This document shows positions 16,633 through 26,201 of a DNA stretch of 42,076 nt, piece after piece; within the stretch, counting starts at the first letter, position 1; every line of letters begins with the position of its first letter. A model generated the notes under the pieces. The model did not search any database. It was not told the DNA's origin and was given only the letters and a program-made list of their open reading frames with translations. The stretch comes from a virus (lineage: Duplodnaviria; Caudoviricetes). The stretch lies in the IMG/VR virus record IMGVR_UViG_3300033808_000078, positions 1-42,076 of that record; one strand, 5' to 3'. The translations under genes and the position numbers were made by a program.

Positions 16633-16848
16633 ATGAATGCAGCGATCTTCGAAAGAAGGCTAGCCGAAAAGAATAAAACGAAAAAGAATTTGAGCGAAGA
16701 GCTTGGCATAAGGCCTCAACGGGTCTCCGATCTTTTGGCGGGCAGGCTAAAGGGATACAAATACAGATTCCGAATTGCCCGCTATCTCGATGTCGCCGAA
16801 GATCTGCTTTTCCCTGAAGATGGAGATCAAGATTCATGCCAATCCTAA
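16633..16848 (+). CDS. Cro-like HTH protein
   Basis: KKNLSEELGIRPQRVSDLLAG..IARYLDV..LLF. Confidence 0.8.
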   Translation: MNAAIFERRLAEKNKTKKNLSEELGIRPQRVSDLLAGRLKGYKYRFRIARYLDVAEDLLFPEDGDQDSCQS

Positions 16849-17197
16849 CCGATGCTAATGGGCGTCGTTTGATGATGCGGAACGGTCAAAATCGCCTTTT
16901 GTCAATGTGTCAAAAAAAAGACAATTCTTGTCAAAAAACAGAGAGGCCCCGGCCCACCGAAGACCCCCTCACCTTTTCCCTGAGACGAGACGCCTTCCAA
17001 ATCCGTGGCCTCTTTTTTGATTTAAAACTTTACCAAAGCTCGCCTATTTAGGCAAGCATTTGTTTAAAAAAAAGAGAGCGTGTCGTCACCATGGCAGGAT
17101 CGCAACGCGCTCTCTCTTCAACGAGGAGGGTCCTCGTTTTGTTTCTACCGTTTGACACCATTTTACAGCATCTAACAGAGTATTCAAGGTAATTGTC

Positions 17198-17449
17198 TTG
17201 CCAACAGACTTCGATGAAGAGCTGAGGTTAGCGATAGCAAGAGTAGGAGGCCAGAAGCAAGTGGCACTCAAAATGGAGATGAGCGAGGCCGAATTGTCCC
17301 GTAAAATCAATGGGGAGCGTGGATTTAAGCTTGACGAGCTGAAAAAACTCTTTGAGATTCTCGACCTCAAAATAGGCGTGAACCTCCAGGACGATGACAG
17401 AGTTTTGGTTAAGCTTTTGGCAAAAAAGTTGTCAGAGGTGATGCTTTAA
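17198..17449 (+). CDS. HTH regulator (CII-like position)
   Basis: QKQVALKMEMSEAELSRKING. Confidence 0.7.
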   Translation: MPTDFDEELRLAIARVGGQKQVALKMEMSEAELSRKINGERGFKLDELKKLFEILDLKIGVNLQDDDRVLVKLLAKKLSEVML

Positions 17450-17634
17450 TGCCTTATTTGGCCTGCGATTCATGCCAGAGAAGACTATACAAAGTCGGTG
17501 GCGCTCTGAGGTGCCACTTTACCAAGGCCGTCAGATGCAGTCACTACGTGGGGCCTCACAAGGAGTGCCACGTGAAAATTTACTATGGCCCTGAATATGC
17601 GGACTCGCTGGCCAGAGCGGGGATAAAGAGATGA
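17449..17634 (+). CDS. Small Cys/His-rich protein
   Basis: CDSC..CH..CSH..C; coupled to both neighbours. Confidence 0.5.
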   Translation: MPYLACDSCQRRLYKVGGALRCHFTKAVRCSHYVGPHKECHVKIYYGPEYADSLARAGIKR

Positions 17635-18443
17635 ATGAGCTGATAAAAATTGAAAGTAACCCAAAAGTCCCGAAGATATGGGATTACGAGAAATCCGTCA
17701 AAAAGGTAAAAGGACTCATTTTTAAATGGAGGAATCTGACAGAGGAGCTTTTCGGTGAGCTTTACATTGCGAGGGAGAAGTTGTCGAAGGAAGGCCGTAA
17801 CTGGAACAAAAGTTCCATTGAAAAGACCTGGTCCGACTACTGCGAAGACATCGGGAGTTCGAGGCAGGTGGTCAATCGGTGGCTCGCTCGATACGACCTG
17901 AACCGAAAAACCAAAGAACTACCGCCTCCAAAAGGCGTTAGCCAGGTGATTTATGCAGATCCGCCTTGGGACTATGCGAATAGCGGGCTTGACCAATCGG
18001 CACGAAAGCATTACCAGACTATTCCTACTGTCTATCTTTGCAATCCCGAAGCCTGGCTGAAAATTCCAATTCAGAAAATCATTGGGGACCGTTCCGTTCT
18101 TTTCTTATGGGTGACATATCCTTTTGCAAAAGAAGGGCTGCAGATCTGTGAGGCATGGGGATTCCACTACAAGGCCCAACTTGTTTGGGTAAAAAATACG
18201 ACCACCGGAATGGGTTGGTTTGTTACGCCGAAACACGAACTGCTTTATATTGCCGTCCGCGGGCAAGAACTTCACCCTGCCATCAAGCCAGAGTCTGTAT
18301 TTTACTTTGCGACACATGGCCATTCGAGGAAACCACAAGAAGTATATGAAATGATTGAATCCATGTATACGGGGCCTTACATAGAGCTTTTCGCACGCCA
18401 AAAGAGAGAGAATTGGCAATCATGGGGCGATGGACTCGATTAA
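17631..18443 (+). CDS. MT-A70 family adenine methyltransferase
   Basis: VIYADPPW..LFLWVT..HELLY..HSRKP..IELFAR..WGD. Confidence 0.92.
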   Translation: MNELIKIESNPKVPKIWDYEKSVKKVKGLIFKWRNLTEELFGELYIAREKLSKEGRNWNKSSIEKTWSDYCEDIGSSRQVVNRWLARYDLNRKTKELPPPKGVSQVIYADPPWDYANSGLDQSARKHYQTIPTVYLCNPEAWLKIPIQKIIGDRSVLFLWVTYPFAKEGLQICEAWGFHYKAQLVWVKNTTTGMGWFVTPKHELLYIAVRGQELHPAIKPESVFYFATHGHSRKPQEVYEMIESMYTGPYIELFARQKRENWQSWGDGLD

Positions 18444-18726
18444 AATCAGAGAAATCATTGTCGAGAAGATGGGTGATAAAAATTGGGTAGTGGTCTATTT
18501 TGATAATGGTACGAAGTGGGTTCCCGCGCTGATTGAGCAGGCGATAATAGCCCAGCTTGTTGTAGAGTGCGAAAGGATGAAATATGGCCATGGATTAGCC
18601 AGGGATGCCATGATTATGCCGCTTGAATTCCTAACGCAGGCGATACAAGGGGCAAACATTAGAGCACTTTCAAAAGAGTATAAGTTAACACACACAAACG
18701 CGTTTAAAAAGTTTTTCACAGGATAG
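18430..18726 (+). CDS. Hypothetical protein
   Basis: ORF overlapping the MTase end. Confidence 0.55.
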   Translation: MDSIKIREIIVEKMGDKNWVVVYFDNGTKWVPALIEQAIIAQLVVECERMKYGHGLARDAMIMPLEFLTQAIQGANIRALSKEYKLTHTNAFKKFFTG

Positions 18727-18729
18727 CCG

Positions 18730-19290
18730 ATGAAGAACCGCGACGACTCTCTAACCTGGATTCCTCTGTGGGTTGACAAATGGATCTTCGGCAGCACCCG
18801 GATTGAGCTTCAGCCGGACGAGCGAGCCGTCTGGACGGACTTCATGGCGCTTGCAGCGAAAGATAGCGGATGGATCCGGGCAAACCTAGAGACCCCTTAT
18901 CCTCTCGAACAGCTTGCCGGCCTTCTCTGTATTTCAAAAGAGCTACTTGAGCGGAGCATCAAACGGTTCATCGAAACTAAGAAAATTGAAATTGTAGATG
19001 GTTCGGCAGGCTTTCACCTTATAAATTGGGACGACTATGCTCTAAGTGACGATTACAAAACGAGAATTGCAAAAAAAGGCTATGGATACTGGAAACATTC
19101 CGACAATCACGGAACGCCTTCCGAAAAATCCGTCACTATAGAAGAGAATAGAAGAGAAGAGAAAAGAATATTAGAGAAGAATTCCACAACTTTTCCACAA
19201 AACCATGTGGAAAAACCTTCTTTGATGGTTGAATGTAAATTCTGCGGACAACCGTTCGGAGTGAAAGAGGAGCACAAATGCAAAAGCTAA
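18730..19290 (+). CDS. Putative replication initiator (replisome-organiser-like N-terminus)
   Basis: WIPLWVDKW..ERAVW..INWDDY..EENRREEKR. Confidence 0.7.
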   Translation: MKNRDDSLTWIPLWVDKWIFGSTRIELQPDERAVWTDFMALAAKDSGWIRANLETPYPLEQLAGLLCISKELLERSIKRFIETKKIEIVDGSAGFHLINWDDYALSDDYKTRIAKKGYGYWKHSDNHGTPSEKSVTIEENRREEKRILEKNSTTFPQNHVEKPSLMVECKFCGQPFGVKEEHKCKS

Positions 19291-19613
19291 AAATGCTCAG
19301 AGAGGTTTACAAGCCTAAAGAGTCTGAGATCAAGAGATCCGTTCGGAAGTATCTCGCTCTCCGTGGAATCTTTAATTGGAATCAGTGGCAAGGCCAATTC
19401 TCGGTCAAAGGCGTTCCCGATATCGTGGGGATTATTCCAGGTAGTGGAAAGCTTCTAGGAATCGAGGTCAAATGCCCGGGAAAGAAACCAAGGCCAGAAC
19501 AGCAAGCCTTTTTAGACGAGATCAAAAGAAATGGAGGCATTGCGTTCGTTGTTACTTCGGTTGAAGAACTTGTTCAGAATCTGCAATGCTATGGAGGGCC
19601 AAGCAAATGTTAG
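19278..19613 (+). CDS. VRR-NUC domain nuclease
   Basis: ESEI..GVPDI..IEVK..PEQQAF..GGIAFVVTSVEE. Confidence 0.9.
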   Translation: MQKLKMLREVYKPKESEIKRSVRKYLALRGIFNWNQWQGQFSVKGVPDIVGIIPGSGKLLGIEVKCPGKKPRPEQQAFLDEIKRNGGIAFVVTSVEELVQNLQCYGGPSKC

Positions 19614-20176
19614 TGATTTCAGCCCAAATAAACCAAGAGGATATAAGAAATCTCTTACAGAGCTATTCATCTGCGTTAGTTCGCAAGGCAGTGAGGTCCG
19701 CGCTGGATCGCACGGGAACGTGGGGCAAGAACTATCTCGCCGATGACGTCAGCGCTAACTATAATCTTTCAAATAGCAGAGTGAAAAAAGCCATAACGGT
19801 TAGTCGAACAACACAGACCAGGTTGGAAGTTGCCTTAAACGTAAAAGGCGCTCAGTTGTCCATCCTAGATGATTTTGGCGCCATTCAAGATTCGGCAGGG
19901 ATCTCGGCGAATATAAGCAGGACAAGTGTTTTTCGCGTCCCCCATGCATTCATTAATGTGGCTAGAAGAGGCGGCGGACGGTTCATAGCGATCCGCACAT
20001 CAAGGTCCAGATATCCGACAAGTGGTAAACCAGGACGCGGCCCAAGTTTGCCGATGCTGGTAAACAGGATGAATCATAGAGAAAAGATGGAGTCGGATCT
20101 AACGGACCATTTATACAAAGAACTTCAGGACCAAATCGCAAAGAGGACGCTGGGATCCGCAGGCACGGCAGCATAG
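19607..20176 (+). CDS. Minor tail protein Z-like
   Basis: AVRSALDRT..VPHAFI..R..RYP..GPSLP; located before cos/terminase. Confidence 0.65.
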   Translation: MLVISAQINQEDIRNLLQSYSSALVRKAVRSALDRTGTWGKNYLADDVSANYNLSNSRVKKAITVSRTTQTRLEVALNVKGAQLSILDDFGAIQDSAGISANISRTSVFRVPHAFINVARRGGGRFIAIRTSRSRYPTSGKPGRGPSLPMLVNRMNHREKMESDLTDHLYKELQDQIAKRTLGSAGTAA

Positions 20177-20183
20177 AATGAGC

Positions 20184-20227
20184 GGGTCCTTCCTGGTCCA
20201 TGAATCGATACGGCGCTCAAGCCCGCA
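20184..20227 (+). other. Lambda-like cos region (cosQ GGGTCCT; cosN-like TACG-GCGCTCAAGCC-CGCA)
   Basis: Exact lambda cosQ heptamer 18 nt before a cosN-like core, directly upstream of terS. Confidence 0.65.
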
Positions 20228-20265
20228 GCTTTTGATCGTGTGCCAAAAATTTTTTAGGTTCACAA

Positions 20266-20760
20266 TTGACAGAGCACAAAGAAATCATGTTTACCCTGGA
20301 TCAGACGACCTGGTTTTACGGCATAACGAGGCAAGGCTTATCCAAATGGGTCGAACGAGGTTTTCCGAAATCCATCCGAAACCAATATCCACTGAAGGCT
20401 GGCTTCGATTGGTGGAGGAACAATATCATCGTTGAAAACGGTGACACTTCCTTGGCCGAAGAAAAGCTCCGATATCAAAGAGCCAGGTCCGAACGCGAAG
20501 AGCTGGCGGTTTTGGAATTGAGAGGCGATCTCATCAGAGTCGACAAAGTCCAGAATGATCTTTCTTTCGTCTTTAACGGACTGAAGCAGAGAATTCTTTC
20601 CTGGGCGAAATCGCTGCCGGGCATTCTCGCCAACAAGGACGAACGCGAATGTTTCAAGATCTTAATCGATGAGACGCACTTCGTCCTCGAGGAATTGTCA
20701 GGAGGAATAAAAAGAATTGCCAACTGGCACTCCAAGTCTAAAAAGCCTCGGTTACATTGA
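20266..20760 (+). CDS. terS: Terminase small subunit (Nu1-like)
   Basis: wHTH YGITRQGLSKWVERGFP, coiled coil, RGDLI; start may be 20287. Confidence 0.8.
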   Translation: MTEHKEIMFTLDQTTWFYGITRQGLSKWVERGFPKSIRNQYPLKAGFDWWRNNIIVENGDTSLAEEKLRYQRARSEREELAVLELRGDLIRVDKVQNDLSFVFNGLKQRILSWAKSLPGILANKDERECFKILIDETHFVLEELSGGIKRIANWHSKSKKPRLH

Positions 20761-22606
20761 GCCGTTGCTCGTGGTATTGAGACCTCCGCAGAGACTTACC
20801 GTGTCTGAATGGGCGGACAGGCATCGCATTCTCACCGCTGAGACATCTCCGGAGCCCGGCCCTTACCGCACGGCGCGGACACCCTATTGCAAAGGGCCCA
20901 TGGATGCCTTCTCAAACCCCGATATAGAGCAGATCGTCTGCTGTTTTGCCACACAGACGGGGAAAACTGAGATGGAATACAACTGCCTGGGGTTTGTGAT
21001 CGACCAGGATCCCTCGCCGGCACTTCTGGTAATGCCGACCGAGATACTTGGAAAGTACGTGTCAAGGAATCGAATCCAGCCAATGATCGAGGCATCAGAG
21101 AGATTAAGAAACAAGAAGACGCAGGATCCGGATGATTTCACGACCCTTGAGATGAAATTCCAGCAGATGGTTCTGTCAATTGCCGGTGCGAATTCAGCGG
21201 CCTCTCTCTCGGTCCGGCCCGTGCGTTATCTCTTCAGGGATGAGATAAATAAATTTCCGGCGATCATCGGTAAGGAGGCGGACCCCATGAGCCTCTCCAA
21301 AGAAAGAACAAAGAACTTCTGGAACCGGAAAATATTTGATGTCTCGACTCCGACGAACGAAGACGGAAGCATTACCAGGGAGCTTGAGACCTGCGACGCT
21401 GTTTTTGACTATCATGTTCCCTGTCCTCATTGCGGATTTGAGCAGATCCTGAGATTTTCCCAGATCAAATGGCCACAGGAAGAGAGAGATCCCGAGAAAG
21501 TGAGGACCATAGCCTGGTATGAGTGCGAGAGCTGCAACGCAGTAATCTCCGACCATCACAAGACGCAAATGTTGAAAGAGGGAAGCTGGAAATCGAGAGA
21601 AGCTGGAATCAGCCATCCGCGAAAGGTCGGATTTCATCTTCCAGCCTGGTACTCACCTTGGGTTACGTGGGGGGACTGTGCTTCGGAGTTCCTCAAATCG
21701 AAGGACTACCCGGAGAAGTTGAGAAATTTTCGAAATTCCTGGGAGGCCGAGCCGTGGCTTGAGACTATGGATGCGATCGAAAGCGAGGGATTGATTGCGA
21801 GAAAGGAGGACTATGGCCCGAAAATTCCCAGTCAGGCTGGCGTTCTTACTGCTGCAGTCGACGTTCAAGACGACCGTTTGGAGGTTGAGATCATCGCTTG
21901 GGGGCCCGGGGAAGAGTCTTGGAGCATGGATTTCAAGATTTTTATGGGATCGCCGGCCCTAGAACAGCCCTGGAGCGAGCTGGACACCCTCCTCCAGGCC
22001 TCTTTCGAACATGAATTGGGCGCCATACTGCATATTGCGGCAGTTTGCGTCGACACGGGCGGCCATTTTACCAAAAACGTCTATGAATTCGTCCGGCCAA
22101 GGCAGACAAGGAGGGTCTTTGCAATCAAAGGCTCGAATCAGGCCAACATGCCGATTGTCACGAGACCAAAAGTCTCAGCGGTCTCGAACGTGAGGCTTTT
22201 CAGCGTAGGAACGGACACGGCGAAGCAAATCATCTATGCAAGGCTCAAATTGCAGGCCCCTGGCCCCGGTTTTCTCCACTTTCCTAAATTTCCGATGTAT
22301 GACGAGGAGTATTTCAGACAGTTGGCGGCGGAAAAATGCGTCATTCGGATGGACAAGCGGGGTTTTCCTTACCGGGAATGGATCAAAGAATACAAAAGAA
22401 ACGAAGCACTCGACCTGAAAGTCTACAATCTTGCGGCATTGACGCTTCTCAATGTGAACTGGGAGCGGGTCATGGCAAGCCTTCAGAAGCAAGAGGAGGC
22501 CGAGGATGAGCTGAAAGAGCCTGCCCCGGACCCGAGGCCACTGGATTTGGTCAATCCTATCACCAACAGACCCAGGGGGGGATGGATGAAAGGATATAAG
22601 AGATGA
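20717..22606 (+). CDS. terL: Terminase large subunit, gpA family
   Basis: LTVSEWAD, TQTGKTE, DEINK, STPT, PCPHC, VDVQDDR, DTGG, RNEALD. Confidence 0.95.
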   Translation: MPTGTPSLKSLGYIEPLLVVLRPPQRLTVSEWADRHRILTAETSPEPGPYRTARTPYCKGPMDAFSNPDIEQIVCCFATQTGKTEMEYNCLGFVIDQDPSPALLVMPTEILGKYVSRNRIQPMIEASERLRNKKTQDPDDFTTLEMKFQQMVLSIAGANSAASLSVRPVRYLFRDEINKFPAIIGKEADPMSLSKERTKNFWNRKIFDVSTPTNEDGSITRELETCDAVFDYHVPCPHCGFEQILRFSQIKWPQEERDPEKVRTIAWYECESCNAVISDHHKTQMLKEGSWKSREAGISHPRKVGFHLPAWYSPWVTWGDCASEFLKSKDYPEKLRNFRNSWEAEPWLETMDAIESEGLIARKEDYGPKIPSQAGVLTAAVDVQDDRLEVEIIAWGPGEESWSMDFKIFMGSPALEQPWSELDTLLQASFEHELGAILHIAAVCVDTGGHFTKNVYEFVRPRQTRRVFAIKGSNQANMPIVTRPKVSAVSNVRLFSVGTDTAKQIIYARLKLQAPGPGFLHFPKFPMYDEEYFRQLAAEKCVIRMDKRGFPYREWIKEYKRNEALDLKVYNLAALTLLNVNWERVMASLQKQEEAEDELKEPAPDPRPLDLVNPITNRPRGGWMKGYKR

Positions 22607-22806
22607 AAATAAGGATCCGGAGTGATGGAAATCCGCACCATACAGAAATCGCTGACGAACAGGGCAACCTTCTAGAAGGCGTGACGAAGGTAAAGTGGAG
22701 ACAGGACGGCCCCGCAAAGCTTCCAATCGTTACTTTGGATCTCTATGGAGTTGAGGTTGATATCGAAGGGCAGATGGAGGAAACAAACCCAGGGGGAGAT
22801 AGATGA
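22603..22806 (+). CDS. Hypothetical protein
   Basis: ATGA coupling to terL. Confidence 0.55.
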   Translation: MKIRIRSDGNPHHTEIADEQGNLLEGVTKVKWRQDGPAKLPIVTLDLYGVEVDIEGQMEETNPGGDR

Positions 22807-22819
22807 AGGGGTACAAGAG

Positions 22820-23089
22820 ATGAATCACGCCGCCATTCAAAAGGCGAACTCTCTCCTTGATCGGCTTAACCAGATTCGAATCAGTGAGGCAAAGAAGATG
22901 ATCACAAAAAAATGCCCGTTCTGTAACGAGAAGGTAGATTGGCAGAAAGTGGATAATGGAGATTGGATTTTTTACGACCACGCGACGAGGAATCCTCACG
23001 TCCATGATGCACTCCTAGCCGACGGGGATCGGTGTCCGTCGTGCAAAGAGAGAGTGCAGGACTTTTCAAGGCATTTATGCAAGAGGTAG
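22820..23089 (+). CDS. Zn-binding hypothetical protein
   Basis: CPFC..W..PH..CPSC. Confidence 0.55.
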   Translation: MNHAAIQKANSLLDRLNQIRISEAKKMITKKCPFCNEKVDWQKVDNGDWIFYDHATRNPHVHDALLADGDRCPSCKERVQDFSRHLCKR

Positions 23090-23091
23090 AA

Positions 23092-23265
23092 ATGAAAGAG
23101 TCATGGTTTTCCATCTTTATTGACGACAAGCTATTCTGGACCGGAGATTTAGTCTTCTCTAAAACGATGAGGGAAGGATTGGAATATTTAATTAAAGCCA
23201 TTCCAAAGCAAAAGAAATCTGGAAAGATTGAGATAACGGTCACAGCAGAAGATGAGAGGAGGTAA
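23092..23265 (+). CDS. Hypothetical protein
   Basis: GAGG RBS, ATG 23092. Confidence 0.45.
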   Translation: MKESWFSIFIDDKLFWTGDLVFSKTMREGLEYLIKAIPKQKKSGKIEITVTAEDERR

Positions 23266-23270
23266 ATCAC

Positions 23271-23305
23271 GGCGGGGCGTGGCATGGCACGGCAAGGCGA
23301 GGCGT
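23271..23305 (+). repeat. Tandem GGCNN pentamer array (x7)
   Basis: GGCGG GGCGT GGCAT GGCAC GGCAA GGCGA GGCGT. Confidence 0.8.
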
Positions 23306-23314
23306 GGGTTTTAA

Positions 23315-23632
23315 ATGGGTGAAGCGAAACGACGAGAGGAGAGATTTATGAACTTGATCACCCCAGAGAAGAATCAAGAGTCACGGGATTTGAAAGAAAA
23401 AGAACTGGTCGAGACCGGCGCGCACGTCTGCATCAACTGCGAGTACTGGCTCAGGTCCAATCCGGAGGCCGATGACGGAGAGTGCCACCGTTTTCCGCCG
23501 ACGGTGTTTGCCTTTCCTGGAAAATCGCAATTCGGGAGTTTACAATTCGCTTCGAACTCGTTCTTTCCCAGATGCCGGGCGGAGATTTCCTGCGGAGAGT
23601 TCAAGGCCACATCACACATCACAACGTCATAG
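23315..23632 (+). CDS. Cys-rich phage protein (CxxC..GECHRFPP..FP..CGEF)
   Basis: MGEAKRR start; conserved four-Cys pattern. Confidence 0.7.
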   Translation: MGEAKRREERFMNLITPEKNQESRDLKEKELVETGAHVCINCEYWLRSNPEADDGECHRFPPTVFAFPGKSQFGSLQFASNSFFPRCRAEISCGEFKATSHITTS

Positions 23633-23640
23633 GAGGACCG

Positions 23641-23865
23641 ATGAAAAAAACGAATGGAGGGCGCATCGGCTGGCTCTCGGGCTGGAAAGAAATCGCCACC
23701 TATCTCGGATGCTCGGTGAAGACCGCGCAGGATTATCACAAAAGGCTGAAGTTGCCCGTCAATAGGCTTCCGGGCCCCAAGGGAAAGTACGAAAAGCGCG
23801 TCGCAATTCCTTCCAAACTCGATGAATGGCTCGAAAAACAGGGCAGGGCCGCTCCCCGGGGCTAA
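23641..23865 (+). CDS. HTH DNA-binding protein (late regulator candidate)
   Basis: LSGWKEIATYLGCSVKTAQ..LPV..LDEW; AGGAGG RBS. Confidence 0.75.
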   Translation: MKKTNGGRIGWLSGWKEIATYLGCSVKTAQDYHKRLKLPVNRLPGPKGKYEKRVAIPSKLDEWLEKQGRAAPRG

Positions 23866-23929
23866 AATTACCACATCCTTACTACAACTCTTCCATAACT
23901 TTGACCTATCTTTTCCCTATGCTGCTCAT

Positions 23930-23958
23930 TTGACATCTTCCTTTTTTCCCTGTATCAC
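23930..23958 (+). promoter_or_regulatory. Putative late promoter
   Basis: TTGACA-N17-TATCAC. Confidence 0.5.
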
Positions 23959-24004
23959 TCAGCCTTAAAGCAAATCCTCGTCTCGAGCGAGGTACAAGGA
24001 GGGG

Positions 24005-24046
24005 AAAGCCTACCATGCGCATGGCGTTGGTGGGCTTTTCTTTTTT
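24005..24046 (+). terminator. Rho-independent terminator in the late leader
   Basis: AAAGCCTACCA...TGGTGGGCTTT followed by TCTTTTTT. Confidence 0.7.
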
Positions 24047-24060
24047 GGAGGGCACACGAA

Positions 24061-24669
24061 ATAATTCCACCGATCCCCACCATCGAACCGACACAGGCTT
24101 ACGCCGGCGACACGATCAAGTGGACCAAGTCGCTCGCCGATTATCCCGCCTCTGATGGCTGGACCCTCAACTATTCCATTCGTGGCACCGTCAAATACGA
24201 CATCGCAGCCGTGACCGATCCGGATGGGCAAACGTATGACATTACAATCCCGGCTACAGACAGTGCGAAATGGGTTGCAGGCGATAACATCTGGCAATCT
24301 TATGTGACCAAGGTTTCGACGGGCGAGGTCTACACGATGGACCATGGCCCGTTGAAGATCTTGCCGTCGTTGCCCAAGCAAGTCGCGGCCTTTCCGTTTC
24401 AATCCACTTATAAGCAGGCGCTCACCAACGCTGAAGCGCAGCTCCTGAATCTCACCAACGTCGACTGGGACTCGATGAGCGCTGAGGGAAGGTCCATCGC
24501 CAAGAGGAGGATCGACGAACACCGCGAGCTGATCCTCTGGCTCAAGGCAGAGGTCGTCCGCGAAGAGTGCGAGGACAACCGTAGCCGTGGACGTGGAAAC
24601 CGGAGAAGGATTCTCCCGAGATTTTCTCCGCAGAGCGTCAACTATGATTGGGACATCAACGCGACATGA
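24061..24669 (+). CDS. Head-completion / head-tail adaptor protein (gpW position), probable ATA/ATT start
   Basis: IPTIEP..AGDTIKW..DYPASDGWTL lies upstream of the first GTG (24211); GGAGG at 24047-24051. Confidence 0.7.
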   Translation: MIPPIPTIEPTQAYAGDTIKWTKSLADYPASDGWTLNYSIRGTVKYDIAAVTDPDGQTYDITIPATDSAKWVAGDNIWQSYVTKVSTGEVYTMDHGPLKILPSLPKQVAAFPFQSTYKQALTNAEAQLLNLTNVDWDSMSAEGRSIAKRRIDEHRELILWLKAEVVREECEDNRSRGRGNRRRILPRFSPQSVNYDWDINAT

Positions 24670-26201
24670 AGCTAATCGATAGGGTGCTCAGGAAATTCGG
24701 ATACCAGAAAAGCAAGCCGCTTACTCGTCGGACTTTCGAAGCCGCGGCTGTCAACCGGCTGACGATGGACTGGGGCACGACTCCTTTCTCCGCCGACTGG
24801 GACATCCGCTACACGCTCCGGCAGCTGCGCGCCAGATCCCGGGATCTCTCAAACAACAATGAGTATGCCCGGAAGTTCATCAAGATGTGCGTCTCGAATG
24901 TCGTGGGCCCCGATGGGATCATGTTCCGGTCGACGATGAAGGACAAAAACGGCAGGCCTGACAAGGGAAACAACCAGGCAGTCATGGATGCCTGGGCCGA
25001 GTGGGGCAAGAGAGAGAACTGCACGGTAACCGGGCTCCTTTCCTGGCCGGCCCTTCAACGCCAGGTGATCGAGACTGTCGCCAGGGACGGCGAGATCTTC
25101 CTCCGGATCGTAAGAAACTTCCCGAACGATTTTGGCTTCGCGCTCCAGGCGCTCGAGGCCGAGTACATGGACGTGAACCTCAACCGCCCTGGGGAGAACA
25201 TCCGTATGGCGATCGAGTATGACGACTGGAGAAGACCCATCGCCTACTGGGTGATGGCATCCAACATCTATGACTACCAACCGCCGATGCACGCCCTGAA
25301 GTACATCCGCTACCCCGCGAGCGACATCATCCACATCTATTGGCAAGAGAGGCCCGAGCAAGGGAGAGGGATCCCCTGGATGAGTTCCGCCATGATGAAC
25401 ATGCAGATGCTCAGGGGATACAAAGAATCCGAGCTCGTCAGCGCCCGCGTGAGCGCGGCCAAGATGGGATTCCTCGAGCCAGGAGACAAAGGCGCAGAGG
25501 ACGCCTACACAGGTGACGATCAGGATTCCCAGGGGAACACGATTACGGAGGTCGAACCCGGGATGATCGAACAGCTCCCCAGGGGCTATAAATTTTCGAC
25601 TTTCGATCCGCAGCATCCCACAACGCAATTTGATTCTTTTGTGAAATCATGCCTCCGAGGGATTTCTTCGGGATTCCTGGTTTCCTATAACTCTCTGGCC
25701 AACGACCTCGAACACGTCAACTACTCCTCGATCCGGCAGGGCGTGATCGATGAGCGCGACATGTGGAGGATCCTCCAGGCGCTCCTCATTGAAAGTTTAT
25801 GCCAGCCGGTCTTCAAGGCGTGGCTTCCGATCGCGATGGCCAAAGGCAAGATCCGGATCCCGATGACGAAGCTCGACGATTCCCAAGTGAAGTGGCGCCC
25901 CAGGGGATGGGACTGGGTCGATCCCCTGAAAGACCAGCAGGCCATGGTGATGGCGATCAACACGGGCCTCCAATCGAGGAAGGACACACTCGCCGAGCAG
26001 GGCGAGGACTTCTACGAGCTGATAGACGAGATCGCCGATGAGCATGCCTACATCAAGCAGAAGGGCCTCGACTTTAACGTCACGCCGACGGGCGTGCCCT
26101 CCAAGTTCGGCGCGAGCCCACAGCCCCAGGCGCCGGTGCAAGAGGGCCAGCAAACGGTGAGCCCTTCGGCAAGGCGCGCAGCAAAGGAAGCGGAGGCGTA
26201 A
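24666..26201 (+). CDS. Portal protein, lambda family
   Basis: LRARSRDL..VVG..RDGEIF..RPEQGRGIPW..NYSSIR..WVDPLKD. Confidence 0.95.
   Translation: MKLIDRVLRKFGYQKSKPLTRRTFEAAAVNRLTMDWGTTPFSADWDIRYTLRQLRARSRDLSNNNEYARKFIKMCVSNVVGPDGIMFRSTMKDKNGRPDKGNNQAVMDAWAEWGKRENCTVTGLLSWPALQRQVIETVARDGEIFLRIVRNFPNDFGFALQALEAEYMDVNLNRPGENIRMAIEYDDWRRPIAYWVMASNIYDYQPPMHALKYIRYPASDIIHIYWQERPEQGRGIPWMSSAMMNMQMLRGYKESELVSARVSAAKMGFLEPGDKGAEDAYTGDDQDSQGNTITEVEPGMIEQLPRGYKFSTFDPQHPTTQFDSFVKSCLRGISSGFLVSYNSLANDLEHVNYSSIRQGVIDERDMWRILQALLIESLCQPVFKAWLPIAMAKGKIRIPMTKLDDSQVKWRPRGWDWVDPLKDQQAMVMAINTGLQSRKDTLAEQGEDFYELIDEIADEHAYIKQKGLDFNVTPTGVPSKFGASPQPQAPVQEGQQTVSPSARRAAKEAEA

Noticed and set aside
16836-17051. 71-aa ORF downstream of cro
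   Set aside because: No recognisable features; spans A/T runs and hairpins that look regulatory
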